Origin: Candidatus Altiarchaeales archaeon
GTDB taxonomy: Archaea > Altiarchaeota > Altiarchaeia > IMC4 > SCGC-AAA252-I15
Assembly (NCBI GenBank): GCA_014727915.1
Contig: WJMO01000006.1
Location: 448,001 to 512,000 of the forward strand
DNA length: 64,000 nt
Reading direction: 5' to 3'
Shown in pieces: positions 20,620 through 30,726 of this stretch. The translations under genes were made by a program, and so were the position numbers. The notes under the pieces were generated by a model. It worked only from the letters and a program-made list of their open reading frames with translations. It was not told the origin of the DNA and ran no database searches. Each line of letters begins with the position of its first letter. Position 1 is the stretch's first letter.

Positions 20620-21216
20620 TCAGATGGTTTTTAGGAATGTTTGGACGCCGGCGAGCGTCATCTGGACTGCTATGGTGGCTACTATAAGACCTGTGATGCG
20701 TATGAGAGCGCCCATCATGTTATGGTTCACAAGGAAAGATCCTATTATCCTCGAGCATAGCATTACTGATAGGTTAATCAGAACTGCCAGGGACATTGCA
20801 GCGGCCGTCAATGCGAAGCCGTACTCTGGGGAGAATGATATCACAGCCGTTATGGTGGCGGGGCCGGCTATCATGGGCGAGGCCAAGGGCACTATGGACA
20901 GTTCTTCAAGGGACTCCTGCTCGCCGACCTCGAAGAAAACCCCCTTTGTCAAGGCCTGGAATCCGAAGTAGAACAGGACCAGGCCCCCGGCAATCTTCAG
21001 GCTGTAGATGTCAACGTGGAATACGTTGTGGAGTATCAGGTTCCCCACCGCCGCTGATGCCAGGAGCATTGCCATGGCGATCAACGTTGACTTTATCGCG
21101 ATCAAACGTATGTCTCTGTAGTGGTTGTCCTTGAGCAGGACGGAGAAGATGAAGACTTTGCTTATGGGGTTTATCAGTGCGAGGATATACAGGGTTAGGT
21201 CGAATAGTCCGCTGAT
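20620..21216 (-). CDS. MarC family membrane protein (apparent ATC start)
   Basis: Frame extends upstream of the track ORF to include LALINP; IAGGLVLF, IVPLASPMIAGPATIT, RITGL; SD AAGGTGA 4 nt before in-frame ATC. Confidence 0.85.
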   Translation of the reverse strand: MSGLFDLTLYILALINPISKVFIFSVLLKDNHYRDIRLIAIKSTLIAMAMLLASAAVGNLILHNVFHVDIYSLKIAGGLVLFYFGFQALTKGVFFEVGEQESLEELSIVPLASPMIAGPATITAVISFSPEYGFALTAAAMSLAVLINLSVMLCSRIIGSFLVNHNMMGALIRITGLIVATIAVQMTLAGVQTFLKTI

Positions 21217-21342
21217 GGTATCACCTTGGGTTCGACCCTACTGGGGATCCGGCGAGCCAAATGGACCCGCCGGACCCAGTGGGGTGCGATAACAGGCTTA
21301 AGTAATACATACGCAGACTCCATTAAAAAGCATGAAGGTGGT

Positions 21343-21699
21343 TTAGGGACGGTTTTGTATCAGCTTCCTCTTTCTCGCCTCGTTCAACAGCATCTCGTCA
21401 TCTGCCGATTCCAGGGTATTGCCTTCCAGTTCGACTATTACCCTGCCGAGCTCCCTTTGGGCTTCCGACTTGGATTTTATCTCCTGGAGGATTATGTGCC
21501 GGTAGAAGCGGTCCTTGTCTGATTGTACTGTGAGGTCGCCGCAGAATACCATGCTGTCAGCGGATTCATTCTGTGCTGCGAGTTTTTGGACCCTCTTTTG
21601 CTCGCGATTCGAGAGGGCGGGCATGATGTCCCATAGGTATGTGTCGTCGCATGCGAGGACTCCCGCCTCGCCTTTGAACACGCGTACTCTCCGGCGCAT
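21343..21699 (-). CDS. Hypothetical protein
   Basis: 118-aa ORF with ATG start in an otherwise non-coding gap. Confidence 0.55.
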   Translation of the reverse strand: MRRRVRVFKGEAGVLACDDTYLWDIMPALSNREQKRVQKLAAQNESADSMVFCGDLTVQSDKDRFYRHIILQEIKSKSEAQRELGRVIVELEGNTLESADDEMLLNEARKRKLIQNRP

Positions 21700-21756
21700 C
21701 TTCTAGAGGTTATATGTGATTGTGTTTTTTTAGATTTGAATCCTCAAATTGATACC

Positions 21757-22503
21757 ATGAGGGCGGCTTATGTTATGCTGGCGACTATGCTGTTGTGCGG
21801 GTGCACTTCCGACGACATCGGGACTGCCACGACAACCTCCACTCCGGAGACTGTGCAGACTACGCCGACAGCCCATGAGATGCCGCTTGAGTACCTTACA
21901 GTTGACATTAGCGCTTTCGAAGGCTATGGTTGCGTGGACCGGGGGAGCTATGTGGATTGTTTTGCTGTCGGCTTCGAAGACGACTTTGACGTCTCAGAGT
22001 TCACTCGCGCCTCCGACTATCTCGGAGGATTAAGCCCAGGATATCAGATGCTAGAAGCCCATGTCCAAAACCCGGGTATTGGCAGGGATGAGGCGCTCCA
22101 TTGGATGGGATGTAGGATGCCGACTGCGGTGAAGTACCTTGTCAAGTTGGAGGACAGGTTGGAGCTGGTGGACGATCGGGAGGAGTTCAGGTCCTTGTTC
22201 GCTCCCGTGGGGAGCAGGGGTGAAGCCCTGGGTTTTGCAATAGCGCACAGCGGAGGGGAGCCGATGTTCGAAGTGGGTCTGCCGGAGGGGTATGTGAAGG
22301 TCATGGAGGAAATACCGCCGACTAATGTCGAAGAAGCTGGGGGGCTATACAAGGTCAGGCTGTACAAGAAGCAGGTGTGCGGCTGCGGACCACATCCATA
22401 CTTTATGGTAGAGTATCTTGTGAGAAGGAACGGGGAGGTCAGCGAGTTCAACCGAAAGGAAGCGTACAGGAACCCTGAAGAGGACGGCCTGTGCGTTGAC
22501 TGA
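21757..22503 (+). CDS. Lipoprotein of unknown function
   Basis: Lipobox LLCGC, Thr-rich linker, CGCGPHPY motif. Confidence 0.7.
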   Translation: MRAAYVMLATMLLCGCTSDDIGTATTTSTPETVQTTPTAHEMPLEYLTVDISAFEGYGCVDRGSYVDCFAVGFEDDFDVSEFTRASDYLGGLSPGYQMLEAHVQNPGIGRDEALHWMGCRMPTAVKYLVKLEDRLELVDDREEFRSLFAPVGSRGEALGFAIAHSGGEPMFEVGLPEGYVKVMEEIPPTNVEEAGGLYKVRLYKKQVCGCGPHPYFMVEYLVRRNGEVSEFNRKEAYRNPEEDGLCVD

Positions 22504-22515
22504 CTGTTAGGACTG

Positions 22516-23457
22516 TTAGATGTGTATCCAGAACCTGCGATAGTGGCCTGCGAGTTCTTCTGGGGTCCTGGCAACCAGGATCTTGCGTTCGGGGAAGGCC
22601 TTTGCTAGCATCTGCTGGAACCTGTTCATGTCTGCTCCAAGCTTTTCCTCATCTATTTTGAAGGGTTCATCGTATGATCCGGGGTCGAATGCGAGAGGGT
22701 GGGCGACTATAGTGGCTGCTATCTCCGAGTTGCGCACTTTCTTGGTGATTTTGAGTAGGCCGATCTCGGGTCCGGCCTCGCCCCTGGCCCTCCAGTCGGC
22801 TGCGATCGAATATATCTGCTCCAATGGCATGTCCGCGTGTACAGGGGAACCGCGGGTGAGGAACTCAGTCTCCGTTGCTGGCCGGATGACGTGAACAAAA
22901 GACGCTTCCAATTCATGTTTTAGCCTGGGCAGCCCATCATCGCTCACCTCGCCCAATGCCATGTCCCTTATCATCAGGGGACCTCCCAGTTTAACTGTGT
23001 TCCCATAACCTAGTAGCATTTCCTTCAAGGCCTCGTCAGCTATGAAACGCTGGCCTGAAGCCTGTATTCCCCCGGATTGTATCTGGTGGATTATGGCGTC
23101 CTTCTGGCAGTGATGGAGTACGCAGGCGGTCTCGGGTGTTATGACCCCATGGCGGTTCTCCAGGAATACGATCGAGCGTAGTCTGCCGTCAACTCCGAAG
23201 TATGCGTTAGAGTTGTCCCCAAGCGGATGTGGGGGTATGCCGAGCGTGACAGCCTGCGCAGAGTATGCTTGATAGTCAGCGATTTCAGCCACTCCCAGCT
23301 CTGCTTTTGCAACCTCCAGGCTGGGATAGGATTTTACGGGCGGTTCGGAGAAGATGCCGGGATGGCCGCCAGCAGTCTTTGAAGCTTCGAGTATCTCGGG
23401 TGGTATGTTAGGGTTGTTGGAGGCTATGAAGACGCAGTGTTTCCGGGCTTCTTCCAT
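22516..23457 (-). CDS. Hypothetical protein (ORFan-like)
   Basis: 313-aa ORF starting 1 nt after the srp54 stop; no recognisable motif. Confidence 0.6.
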   Translation of the reverse strand: MEEARKHCVFIASNNPNIPPEILEASKTAGGHPGIFSEPPVKSYPSLEVAKAELGVAEIADYQAYSAQAVTLGIPPHPLGDNSNAYFGVDGRLRSIVFLENRHGVITPETACVLHHCQKDAIIHQIQSGGIQASGQRFIADEALKEMLLGYGNTVKLGGPLMIRDMALGEVSDDGLPRLKHELEASFVHVIRPATETEFLTRGSPVHADMPLEQIYSIAADWRARGEAGPEIGLLKITKKVRNSEIAATIVAHPLAFDPGSYDEPFKIDEEKLGADMNRFQQMLAKAFPERKILVARTPEELAGHYRRFWIHI

Positions 23458-23458
23458 C

Positions 23459-24766
23459 TTACATCCCCATCTGTTTCATGAGTTGTTTCATCTTGCGGCC
23501 GCCACCGCTTCCTTTCATCATCTTCTTCATGCGCTTGTAGTATGTGAGTAGTTCGCGGACTTCTGACGGGTCTGTGCCGGAGCCTGCTGCAATCCGTTCT
23601 ATGCGGTCTTTTTTGATTATTGAGGGGTCTTCTTTCTCGGCCCAGGTCATGGAGTCCATTATGTACTTGAACTTTTTTATCTTCTCTTCCTGCATTCCCA
23701 CGAGCTCTTTGGGTATCTTAGCGCCGAATGGTAGCATCTCCATTATCTTGTCCATGCTTCCCATGCCCTGCATCTGCTCTATCTGCTGGTAGACGTCCGT
23801 GAGGGTGAACTTTCCGGATAGCATCCTCTTAGCGGATTCCTCGTCCAGGTCGACTTCCTTTGCTTTCTCGAGTAGCCCTTCCATGTCGCCGAATCCCAGG
23901 AGTTTGCTAACGAACCGTTTGGGGTCAAATACTTCCAGGTCCTCTATGTGCTCTCCGACTCCGATGAAGTATACGGGGCTGCTTGTTTCGGCGCATGCCG
24001 CCAGCGAACCTCCGCCTTTGGCGCTGCCGTCCAGTTTGGATATGATGACCCCGTCTATATTGCAGGATTCGTTGAAGGCCTTGGCCTGCTCGCCAGCCGA
24101 CTGCCCTATGGTGCCGTCCAACACGAGGAAGGTCCGGTCGGGTTCTATCTCCCTGTGTATCCTGTTGATCTGGGACATTAGGTCCTTGTCGAGCTTGTGG
24201 CGGCCTTCGCTGTCGACTATTATGAGGCCCTGGTTCTTGAACTCCCTCAGCCCTGACTGTATTATCTTCAGCGTGTCCTTCTCTTTGTTGTCGCCGTAGA
24301 AGGGGGTTTGGGATTCTTCGGCTAGTTGTTTGAGCTGGTCGTAGGCTGCGGGGCGGAAGGTGTCTGCGCATATGAGCTTCGAGTTCAACCCCTTCTTCTT
24401 GTAGTGTTTGGCGAGCTTGGCCGCGGTGGTGGTCTTTCCGCTTCCCTGGACCCCGACCAACATCACCTTCATGCCGTCTGAGAGCTCGACCTCCCCTCCA
24501 GTGCCGAGTAGGTTGGTGAGCTCGTCGTAGGTTATCTTTATGAGGTTCTCCTTGCGGGTCAGCGTGCCGGGGGGCTTCTCGAGCAGCCCCCGGTCCTCGA
24601 TCTTCTTGGAAAGTTCTAGGACCAGTTTGACGTTTACGTCCGCAGATATGAGGGCCTTCTGTATGTCCTTGAGGTAGGCTTTGATGGTCTTCTTGTCCAC
24701 CACCACCGCCTTCTTCAGGTTGTTGATCGCCCCCTGAAGTCCGTCCCGTAGCTTGTCAAAGGCCAT
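23459..24766 (-). CDS. srp54: Signal recognition particle protein SRP54
   Basis: GVQGSGKTT, DTFRPAA, DSEGRH, KLDGSAKGGG, Met-rich M domain. Confidence 0.96.
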   Translation of the reverse strand: MAFDKLRDGLQGAINNLKKAVVVDKKTIKAYLKDIQKALISADVNVKLVLELSKKIEDRGLLEKPPGTLTRKENLIKITYDELTNLLGTGGEVELSDGMKVMLVGVQGSGKTTTAAKLAKHYKKKGLNSKLICADTFRPAAYDQLKQLAEESQTPFYGDNKEKDTLKIIQSGLREFKNQGLIIVDSEGRHKLDKDLMSQINRIHREIEPDRTFLVLDGTIGQSAGEQAKAFNESCNIDGVIISKLDGSAKGGGSLAACAETSSPVYFIGVGEHIEDLEVFDPKRFVSKLLGFGDMEGLLEKAKEVDLDEESAKRMLSGKFTLTDVYQQIEQMQGMGSMDKIMEMLPFGAKIPKELVGMQEEKIKKFKYIMDSMTWAEKEDPSIIKKDRIERIAAGSGTDPSEVRELLTYYKRMKKMMKGSGGGRKMKQLMKQMGM

Positions 24767-24883
24767 GTTGTAGGTTTTAGATTAAGAAGAAGGGGTAAAT
24801 AAGGACGGGGATGAGGTGGTTGAACGGCCCTTTTATTCATTGCAGGGATGTTTAATTTTAGGGCAGTCTAATATGTTGGATGT

Positions 24884-26233
24884 ATGGTTTGCGGGTTTTT
24901 TCATGATCGGCGACGGACCATATTCCTCTTCTCCATTTCAACCGCATTCTTCCTCTACCAGCACATGATCGGTTTATCATGGGATTTCTCCGTTTACGTG
25001 TTGAACGCACGTTACATGTTCGGGGGCGGTCATTATATGGAGTGGTTGAGGGCGCCGCTCATGCCGTTCCTCCTTTTCACATTGAGCTTTGCAGGATACA
25101 GGTTAGGGGAGTATCTGTACATAGTGTTGGCTTCCATGTTGTTCGCTGTGGCTTCGGTGAAGTTCGCCGGAAAGGCGGGGTTGGACGGGAACATTTTCTA
25201 TGCGCTGATGTTAAGCCCGTATGTGTTGAATTGGGGGCTGCTAGCAGGCACGGAGCTGCTGACCCTGTCCTTGCTCATGCTGGCCTTAACGTATCTGAAG
25301 ACGTGGAGGTCGTGTGTTTTCTTCGGTTTGGGAGTTCTCGCGAGATACACGACGGTGTCGTATCTTGTCCTGCTAGCGTACAAGAGGAACGTGAAGGACG
25401 TTATACTCTGCCTTGCCGTATTGGTATTGGTTTTCACGCCGTGGATGGCGTACAACAAGGCCCTGAAAGGCCATCCACTGTACTCGGTGGGGGATTCGAT
25501 GTTCTTCAACATGGTATACCGGAGACAATACGCCACCGAATTCAGCCTATGGCATGTGGCAGGCGTCATAGGAGCGTATCTGCCGTTCATGGCCTATGGT
25601 TTGTGTGCGTGTTTAAGGCGGAGGCTGCCAGGCTATGAGGGGCTGGTGCTCGCCTTCATGATACTGGCACTGATCTCATACTGGAGGATCCCTGTGAAGG
25701 AGATAAGACACCTGTTCAACCTCTCCCTGCCGGCGGCATATTTCACCGCCGTCGCATTGAAGAGGCTTGAGCCAAGTGTCGGGAGGGAACTGGTGCTCGC
25801 CTCCATTGTTCTGCTGAACTTCTCGATGGGTACTCTGACCTTTGAGAGCATCGGACTGTGGCCAGGCTTCTATGAAGGGGCAGAGGCTGTTCGCGGCGAT
25901 TGCATGGTAATGTCCAACATGTGGCCGCAGCTGAACTACCTGGGAGTCAGGGCGGAGACCTACCCGGAACGTGTTGAAGTGCGGGCTGAGATAGGGGAGG
26001 GCAAGAGGATAATACTGTACAAGTACGGGCCAGAGAGCGAGCCAGAGTACATGCACGACGTGGATTTCATGGGCGGCCTGCCTACGATCGATGAGACGTA
26101 CTCCTATGTCATCTTGGGGGAAATCGGCAGGTGCGCCCCACAAGAGGATGTTGACGGTTCGATGATGGAATTGCTCGACAATAGGGGATACGACGCCGAG
26201 CTGTGCCCGCTCCTTCCTTTGATGTGCGGTTAG
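24884..26233 (+). CDS. Multi-TM GT-C fold glycosyltransferase (PMT/ArnT-like)
   Basis: SWD..VY..NA, RAPL, TE, LARY, KEIRH; many TMs followed by a soluble C-terminus. Confidence 0.7.
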   Translation: MVCGFFHDRRRTIFLFSISTAFFLYQHMIGLSWDFSVYVLNARYMFGGGHYMEWLRAPLMPFLLFTLSFAGYRLGEYLYIVLASMLFAVASVKFAGKAGLDGNIFYALMLSPYVLNWGLLAGTELLTLSLLMLALTYLKTWRSCVFFGLGVLARYTTVSYLVLLAYKRNVKDVILCLAVLVLVFTPWMAYNKALKGHPLYSVGDSMFFNMVYRRQYATEFSLWHVAGVIGAYLPFMAYGLCACLRRRLPGYEGLVLAFMILALISYWRIPVKEIRHLFNLSLPAAYFTAVALKRLEPSVGRELVLASIVLLNFSMGTLTFESIGLWPGFYEGAEAVRGDCMVMSNMWPQLNYLGVRAETYPERVEVRAEIGEGKRIILYKYGPESEPEYMHDVDFMGGLPTIDETYSYVILGEIGRCAPQEDVDGSMMELLDNRGYDAELCPLLPLMCG

Positions 26234-26234
26234 G

Positions 26235-27509
26235 TCAGCGGTTCTTCTCCCAGATGTTTATGTGCCCGCCCATCCGAGTCCATGGTAGCACCTCCAACAG
26301 GAAGGGTAAGACGAAGTAGACGAGTGTTAGTAGGTAGTAGGGGAAGAGGAAGAATATCACCAATAGTATGCGCAGGTTCAACCGTCCGATCCTCTCAACC
26401 GAGAGGAAGTTGTAGAGCATGTTAAGTATGTAGGATACAATGAAATAGGGGAATATGGGTGTCATCGGCCACACCCCAGATAACGTGTTGTATATGAACT
26501 GCAGGGTTCCGTACATGGAGAAGGACGCGAAAAAGTACTGTAACACGGTGAGCGACAGGTAGTTGCCGTGGGCCACGTACCACCTCATGTACCCCCCAAA
26601 TATCTGATAGAAGGTTATGGGAAGTATGAAGAAGGATTGGACGAAGAAGTATATCTGGTTGGGAAGGCCGTACAATCCTATGAACCCGTATCGTGGGTTC
26701 AAAACCATATCCCAGTGCTTTCTTATGACCTGGACTGTGCCCCGCCCCCACCTGAACCTCTGCCTTGCGAGACCGCCGACTGTCTGGGGCACGTTGGTAT
26801 ACATTACCGCCTTGGACATGACAAGCCTCCACCCTGCCTTGTGCAGCTTCAAACCGATGTCGAAGTCCTCCGACAGCGTATCAGTGCAGAAGAGCCCTAC
26901 ATTCACCAGAGCCTCCCGCCTGAACGCGGCGAACCCCGGCAGGACATAAGTGCATCCGAGCTTGTCGAATATGTACCTCCACATGGAGCTGAGTATGTAC
27001 TCGAAGTCCTGGAACCATACAAGTGGGTTGCGGTTTATCACCACCCTTATTATCCCCGAGACCGCTCCTACCTTGGGGTCTGAGAAGGGAGCGGCCAGGT
27101 TCGACAGCGCGTCCCCCGCCAGCTGGGAGTCGGCATCGAGGAAAGCCACTATCTCGCCGGAACACTCCTCAACTCCGCGGTTGACGGCCAATGCCTTCCC
27201 CAGATGGTCTGTTTCGATCAGGCGCAGCCTCTCATCCTCGGAGGCCATCTTGGACACTATATCGCCTGTGCGATCCTTTGAGCCGTCATCGACGACCACC
27301 ACCTCCACCCTGCCAGGGTAGTCTGAGTCCAATATGCTCCTGACCGTTTCCTCGATAACGCTCTCCTCGTCGTGTGCGGGAACAACAACAGATATGTGGG
27401 GGTGATTTTTCAGCTTGTGCCTGCGCTCTGGCATGAAGCCGAGGACGGTCCAGAACACGAAGGTGAAGATGGAGATTACGAAGGTCGCGAGGAGTATCTC
27501 GTCTATCAT
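26235..27509 (-). CDS. Processive GT2 glycosyltransferase (PgaC/BcsA-like)
   Basis: PAHDE, DDGSKD, GKA, DAD, SED, RQRFRW; C-terminal TMs. Confidence 0.9.
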   Translation of the reverse strand: MIDEILLATFVISIFTFVFWTVLGFMPERRHKLKNHPHISVVVPAHDEESVIEETVRSILDSDYPGRVEVVVVDDGSKDRTGDIVSKMASEDERLRLIETDHLGKALAVNRGVEECSGEIVAFLDADSQLAGDALSNLAAPFSDPKVGAVSGIIRVVINRNPLVWFQDFEYILSSMWRYIFDKLGCTYVLPGFAAFRREALVNVGLFCTDTLSEDFDIGLKLHKAGWRLVMSKAVMYTNVPQTVGGLARQRFRWGRGTVQVIRKHWDMVLNPRYGFIGLYGLPNQIYFFVQSFFILPITFYQIFGGYMRWYVAHGNYLSLTVLQYFFASFSMYGTLQFIYNTLSGVWPMTPIFPYFIVSYILNMLYNFLSVERIGRLNLRILLVIFFLFPYYLLTLVYFVLPFLLEVLPWTRMGGHINIWEKNR

Positions 27510-27516
27510 TTTTTAG

Positions 27517-28200
27517 TCAGTTGCATATGGAGACGTTGGGAGAGTTCTCGCACAATAGCCGCTCTATCTCGTCCTTGTCCCTGAGGCCGCAGTAGGTGTT
27601 CCCCTCTATCACCGTGCACGGGTGCTCGCCCACGCCGTACACTTCAGCCAGAACGTTTACCGAGGACACGTTCAAGTCCGAGTCGAAGCTGAATATGGCA
27701 AGCTCCTCGTCTATCCTCTTGTTCAGGTGGTCTAGGACGTAGGCCTGGTCGTCGCATTGCTTGCAGTCCTCGCCGCGCCGGTAGAAGTAGAGTATGACCG
27801 TCTGGTCTATGTCGCATTTGTCCCGTACCTGGGTGAGAAGCGACAGGTACAGCACTTCCTGGCGGTTGAACCTCCTCTTCTGCTTCAGGTAGTAGGGGTC
27901 TGTCATGTACTCTTCCGTCAGCCGCTTGTAGAGCTCGATCTTGTCGCCTAGCCTCCAGATGTTCTGGTCCAACAACTCAAGCTGGGACTTCAAAGTGACG
28001 CAGGTGGCGTTCTCTCCGAACATGCGCATAAGCTGCGTCAACGCCTCCATCTCCTCCAGCGTGTCGATGGTGGCCTCCATCCTCGACTCCAGGTTGGCCT
28101 CCCGCTTCTCGTTGATGTAGACGTTGATCGAGTATATCACCACAAGGACAAAGACCGTCAAGACAAGGGCTTTGGCGAATATCCACCTGCTCACCTCCAT
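27517..28200 (-). CDS. Membrane-anchored coiled-coil plus thioredoxin-like protein
   Basis: N-terminal TM; ILYFY...CKQC; YGV..HP. Confidence 0.7.
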   Translation of the reverse strand: MEVSRWIFAKALVLTVFVLVVIYSINVYINEKREANLESRMEATIDTLEEMEALTQLMRMFGENATCVTLKSQLELLDQNIWRLGDKIELYKRLTEEYMTDPYYLKQKRRFNRQEVLYLSLLTQVRDKCDIDQTVILYFYRRGEDCKQCDDQAYVLDHLNKRIDEELAIFSFDSDLNVSSVNVLAEVYGVGEHPCTVIEGNTYCGLRDKDEIERLLCENSPNVSICN

Positions 28201-29438
28201 TTTACCTTCCTCCCCGCGAGGACAGAGTAAAAGGAGCTGAGCCAGAAGAACTGGTAGAGTAGGAAGAAGAAGATGAACCCTATGAAGCCCGATATGTTCT
28301 CCCTGAGCCTCCTGTGCATCACGCTCATGCTGGCCTTGGTCATCAAAGCGATTGACAGCATGGAAGACAGCATGAGAAAGTGGAATATGCTAACCGTCAA
28401 CAGGTCGAAGTCCAATATGTCAAATGGGAGCAGCTCGAAGTTCGTCAGGATCAGGTGTTTCACATGCTGGAATATGTTGTTGGCCAATAGCCCGGCCGAG
28501 TATACGCCCATCAGCAGGCCCAATGTTATGGTCAGGTAGTTGAGGGGCAGGAAGAAGACGCCGAAGCAGCCGAGAGCCCGGTTGAACATGGTGTCCTTAT
28601 GCTGCAGCAGGGTTATGAGGGATCCGCTGTACCACCTCTTCCTCTGCCTGTACAAACCGTTCAAGGTGGAAGGCACGATTGTGTAGACGCCTGTGTGGAG
28701 GGTGTTCTCTATCCTGTAGCCTGCCTTGTGTATCCTAAAGGCTATCTCCATGTCCTCCACTATGTTGTGCTCGTCGAAGCCGCCAATCTCCAAGAGCATG
28801 GACTTCCGGTAGATGCTGAACGGCCCGGGGGTTACATGCATGGCATTCAGGTAGGAGAGTATCTTGAGCGAGAGCGAGAGGCCGACCACGTATTCTATGT
28901 CGACTATCCTCTCCAAAAGGTTCCTGGGCTCGCTAACGTGAACGCGGACCGTCACAGCCCCGACGCCCTCGTCCCGGAACATGCCAACGGTCTTCTTCAA
29001 TATGTCACTTTTGACCACGCTGTCAGAGTCCATCGTAGCAACATAATCCCCCTTGGCTGCTTCAATGCCCTCGTTCAGGGAGAACGCCTTCCCATGGTTT
29101 TCGCTCCGGTCTATGAAAACCGCCCGCATTTCTTTGTGGGAGGAGATGAAGTCTCTTATGAAATCAGAAGTCCGATCGGTGCTTCCGTCGTTAACGACTA
29201 TAACCTCATACCTGCCCCATGGATAGTCCATGTCATAAAGCGACTGAAGGGCCGGTAGAACCCCTTTTTCCTCGTTTAGAGCCGGAACTACAACGCTTAC
29301 AAAGGGCAGGCTATCATCTGGTTCCCCATATGATTTCAGGTCCTCACGCTTCTCAAGCATGATCAACAACACCAATGCTATGAAGTAAGTGGACAGGAAC
29401 CATACGGTCAACGTTAATATGGAATACATCAAATCCAT
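28191..29438 (-). CDS. Processive GT2 glycosyltransferase (PgaC/BcsA-like)
   Basis: PALNEE, NDGSTD, GKA, DSD, VED, RQRKRW; TMs. Confidence 0.9.
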   Translation of the reverse strand: MDLMYSILTLTVWFLSTYFIALVLLIMLEKREDLKSYGEPDDSLPFVSVVVPALNEEKGVLPALQSLYDMDYPWGRYEVIVVNDGSTDRTSDFIRDFISSHKEMRAVFIDRSENHGKAFSLNEGIEAAKGDYVATMDSDSVVKSDILKKTVGMFRDEGVGAVTVRVHVSEPRNLLERIVDIEYVVGLSLSLKILSYLNAMHVTPGPFSIYRKSMLLEIGGFDEHNIVEDMEIAFRIHKAGYRIENTLHTGVYTIVPSTLNGLYRQRKRWYSGSLITLLQHKDTMFNRALGCFGVFFLPLNYLTITLGLLMGVYSAGLLANNIFQHVKHLILTNFELLPFDILDFDLLTVSIFHFLMLSSMLSIALMTKASMSVMHRRLRENISGFIGFIFFFLLYQFFWLSSFYSVLAGRKVKWR

Positions 29439-29526
29439 GGTCTAAAACACTCCCCCGCAACCAGCCCACTATATGATTAGCTGATATTATAATAAATAAA
29501 GTCTATATATTGGTCTGGTGTCGTCT

Positions 29527-30090
29527 ATGGATGAGGACAGGCTAGAATTTAAGCGGCAGATGGTCCATCTATTCAACGGATCGGTCATTGGAGGCCTCGT
29601 ATACGCCCTAAAGCCCGTATACGGGCTTTGGATACTTGTGCCGCTGGTATTATCGCTTTTCATATTGCACGCGGTCCCAAAGCTAACACCGGATTTGAAG
29701 GTGGCAAACCACTTATTATACCATTTTGAGCGTCGGAAGGACATAGACAACTTCCCCTTCAAAGGCGCCATATTCTACGGATACGGGATAATATTCCCAA
29801 TAGTCCTCTTGGAGACAGAGTATGCGGTCGCAACCATACTCGTTTTGAGCGTTGGAGACGCCTTCAGCAACCTCGTAGGGAGGAAATATGGGAGGATAAG
29901 GATATTAGACAAGAGCATGGAGGGCACGCTGGGTTTCTTCTTCAGCGCATGGCTGGCAGCATCCCTGCTAGTTGACCCAACCCACGCGCTCATAATGGCA
30001 GCAGTAGCTTCCGTAATAGAACTGTTCAGCTTCTGGGATGACAATATCACAATACCCTTAGGCCTCTCCCTGCTTGTTCAACTCCTCTGA
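29527..30090 (+). CDS. Dolichol/phytol kinase-like CTP-dependent polyprenol kinase
   Basis: RQMVH, GDAFSNLVGRKYG, KSMEG, DDNITIP. Confidence 0.85.
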   Translation: MDEDRLEFKRQMVHLFNGSVIGGLVYALKPVYGLWILVPLVLSLFILHAVPKLTPDLKVANHLLYHFERRKDIDNFPFKGAIFYGYGIIFPIVLLETEYAVATILVLSVGDAFSNLVGRKYGRIRILDKSMEGTLGFFFSAWLAASLLVDPTHALIMAAVASVIELFSFWDDNITIPLGLSLLVQLL

Positions 30091-30688
30091 CCCGGACCCT
30101 CCGGCCTTCAACGGTTAGCCTGCCCTCAACGTACCATTTCACCGCCTGGGGGTAGATGAGATGCTCCTGCTCCAATATCCTGCCGGCAAGACTGTTGACG
30201 TCGTCGCCTTCGAGCACGGGAACAGCCGCCTGTACGATTATGGGACCGTGGTCGACTTCCTCGTCGACGAAGTGTACGGTGCAGCCTGAGACCTTGACAC
30301 CGTAGTCGAATGCCTGCTGCTGGCCATGCACCCCCGGAAAAGACGGCAACAGCGCGGGATGGATGTTCATAAGCCTGTCCTTGAAAGCCCTTACAAAATA
30401 GGGGGTTATTATCCGCATGTAACCAGCTAGGAGAACCAGGTCAACATCGCGCTTCCCCAGCTCTTTCACAACTTCCTTGTCGTAGTCCTCCCGCGAAACA
30501 TATCCGCTGGGGTCCAGGTGAAGGGATTCAATTCCGTGGCTCTCAGCCCGCTCCAACGCGTAGGCGTCCTTCTTGTCGGATACTACGACGACCACCTGGG
30601 AGTCGGGTATCCACCCAGACTCCACATTGTCTATGATGGACTGCAGGTTGCTACCCCCGCCGGAGGCCAGGACGCCGATTAGGGCCAT
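30047..30688 (-). CDS. purN: Phosphoribosylglycinamide formyltransferase
   Basis: SGGGSNLQ, LAGYMRI, NIHPALLP, GCTVHFVD..VDHGPI, EH. Confidence 0.96.
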   Translation of the reverse strand: MALIGVLASGGGSNLQSIIDNVESGWIPDSQVVVVVSDKKDAYALERAESHGIESLHLDPSGYVSREDYDKEVVKELGKRDVDLVLLAGYMRIITPYFVRAFKDRLMNIHPALLPSFPGVHGQQQAFDYGVKVSGCTVHFVDEEVDHGPIIVQAAVPVLEGDDVNSLAGRILEQEHLIYPQAVKWYVEGRLTVEGRRVRVRGVEQAGRGLRVL

Positions 30689-30726
30689 ACGAGAATATTA
30701 TATGTTGAGTTTTATAATGTGTATGT

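Noticed and set aside
21226-21295. tRNA or SRP RNA (GGGTTCGACCC resembles a T-loop)
   Set aside because: No cloverleaf or acceptor stem and no SRP helix-8 motif; treated as a leader hairpin.
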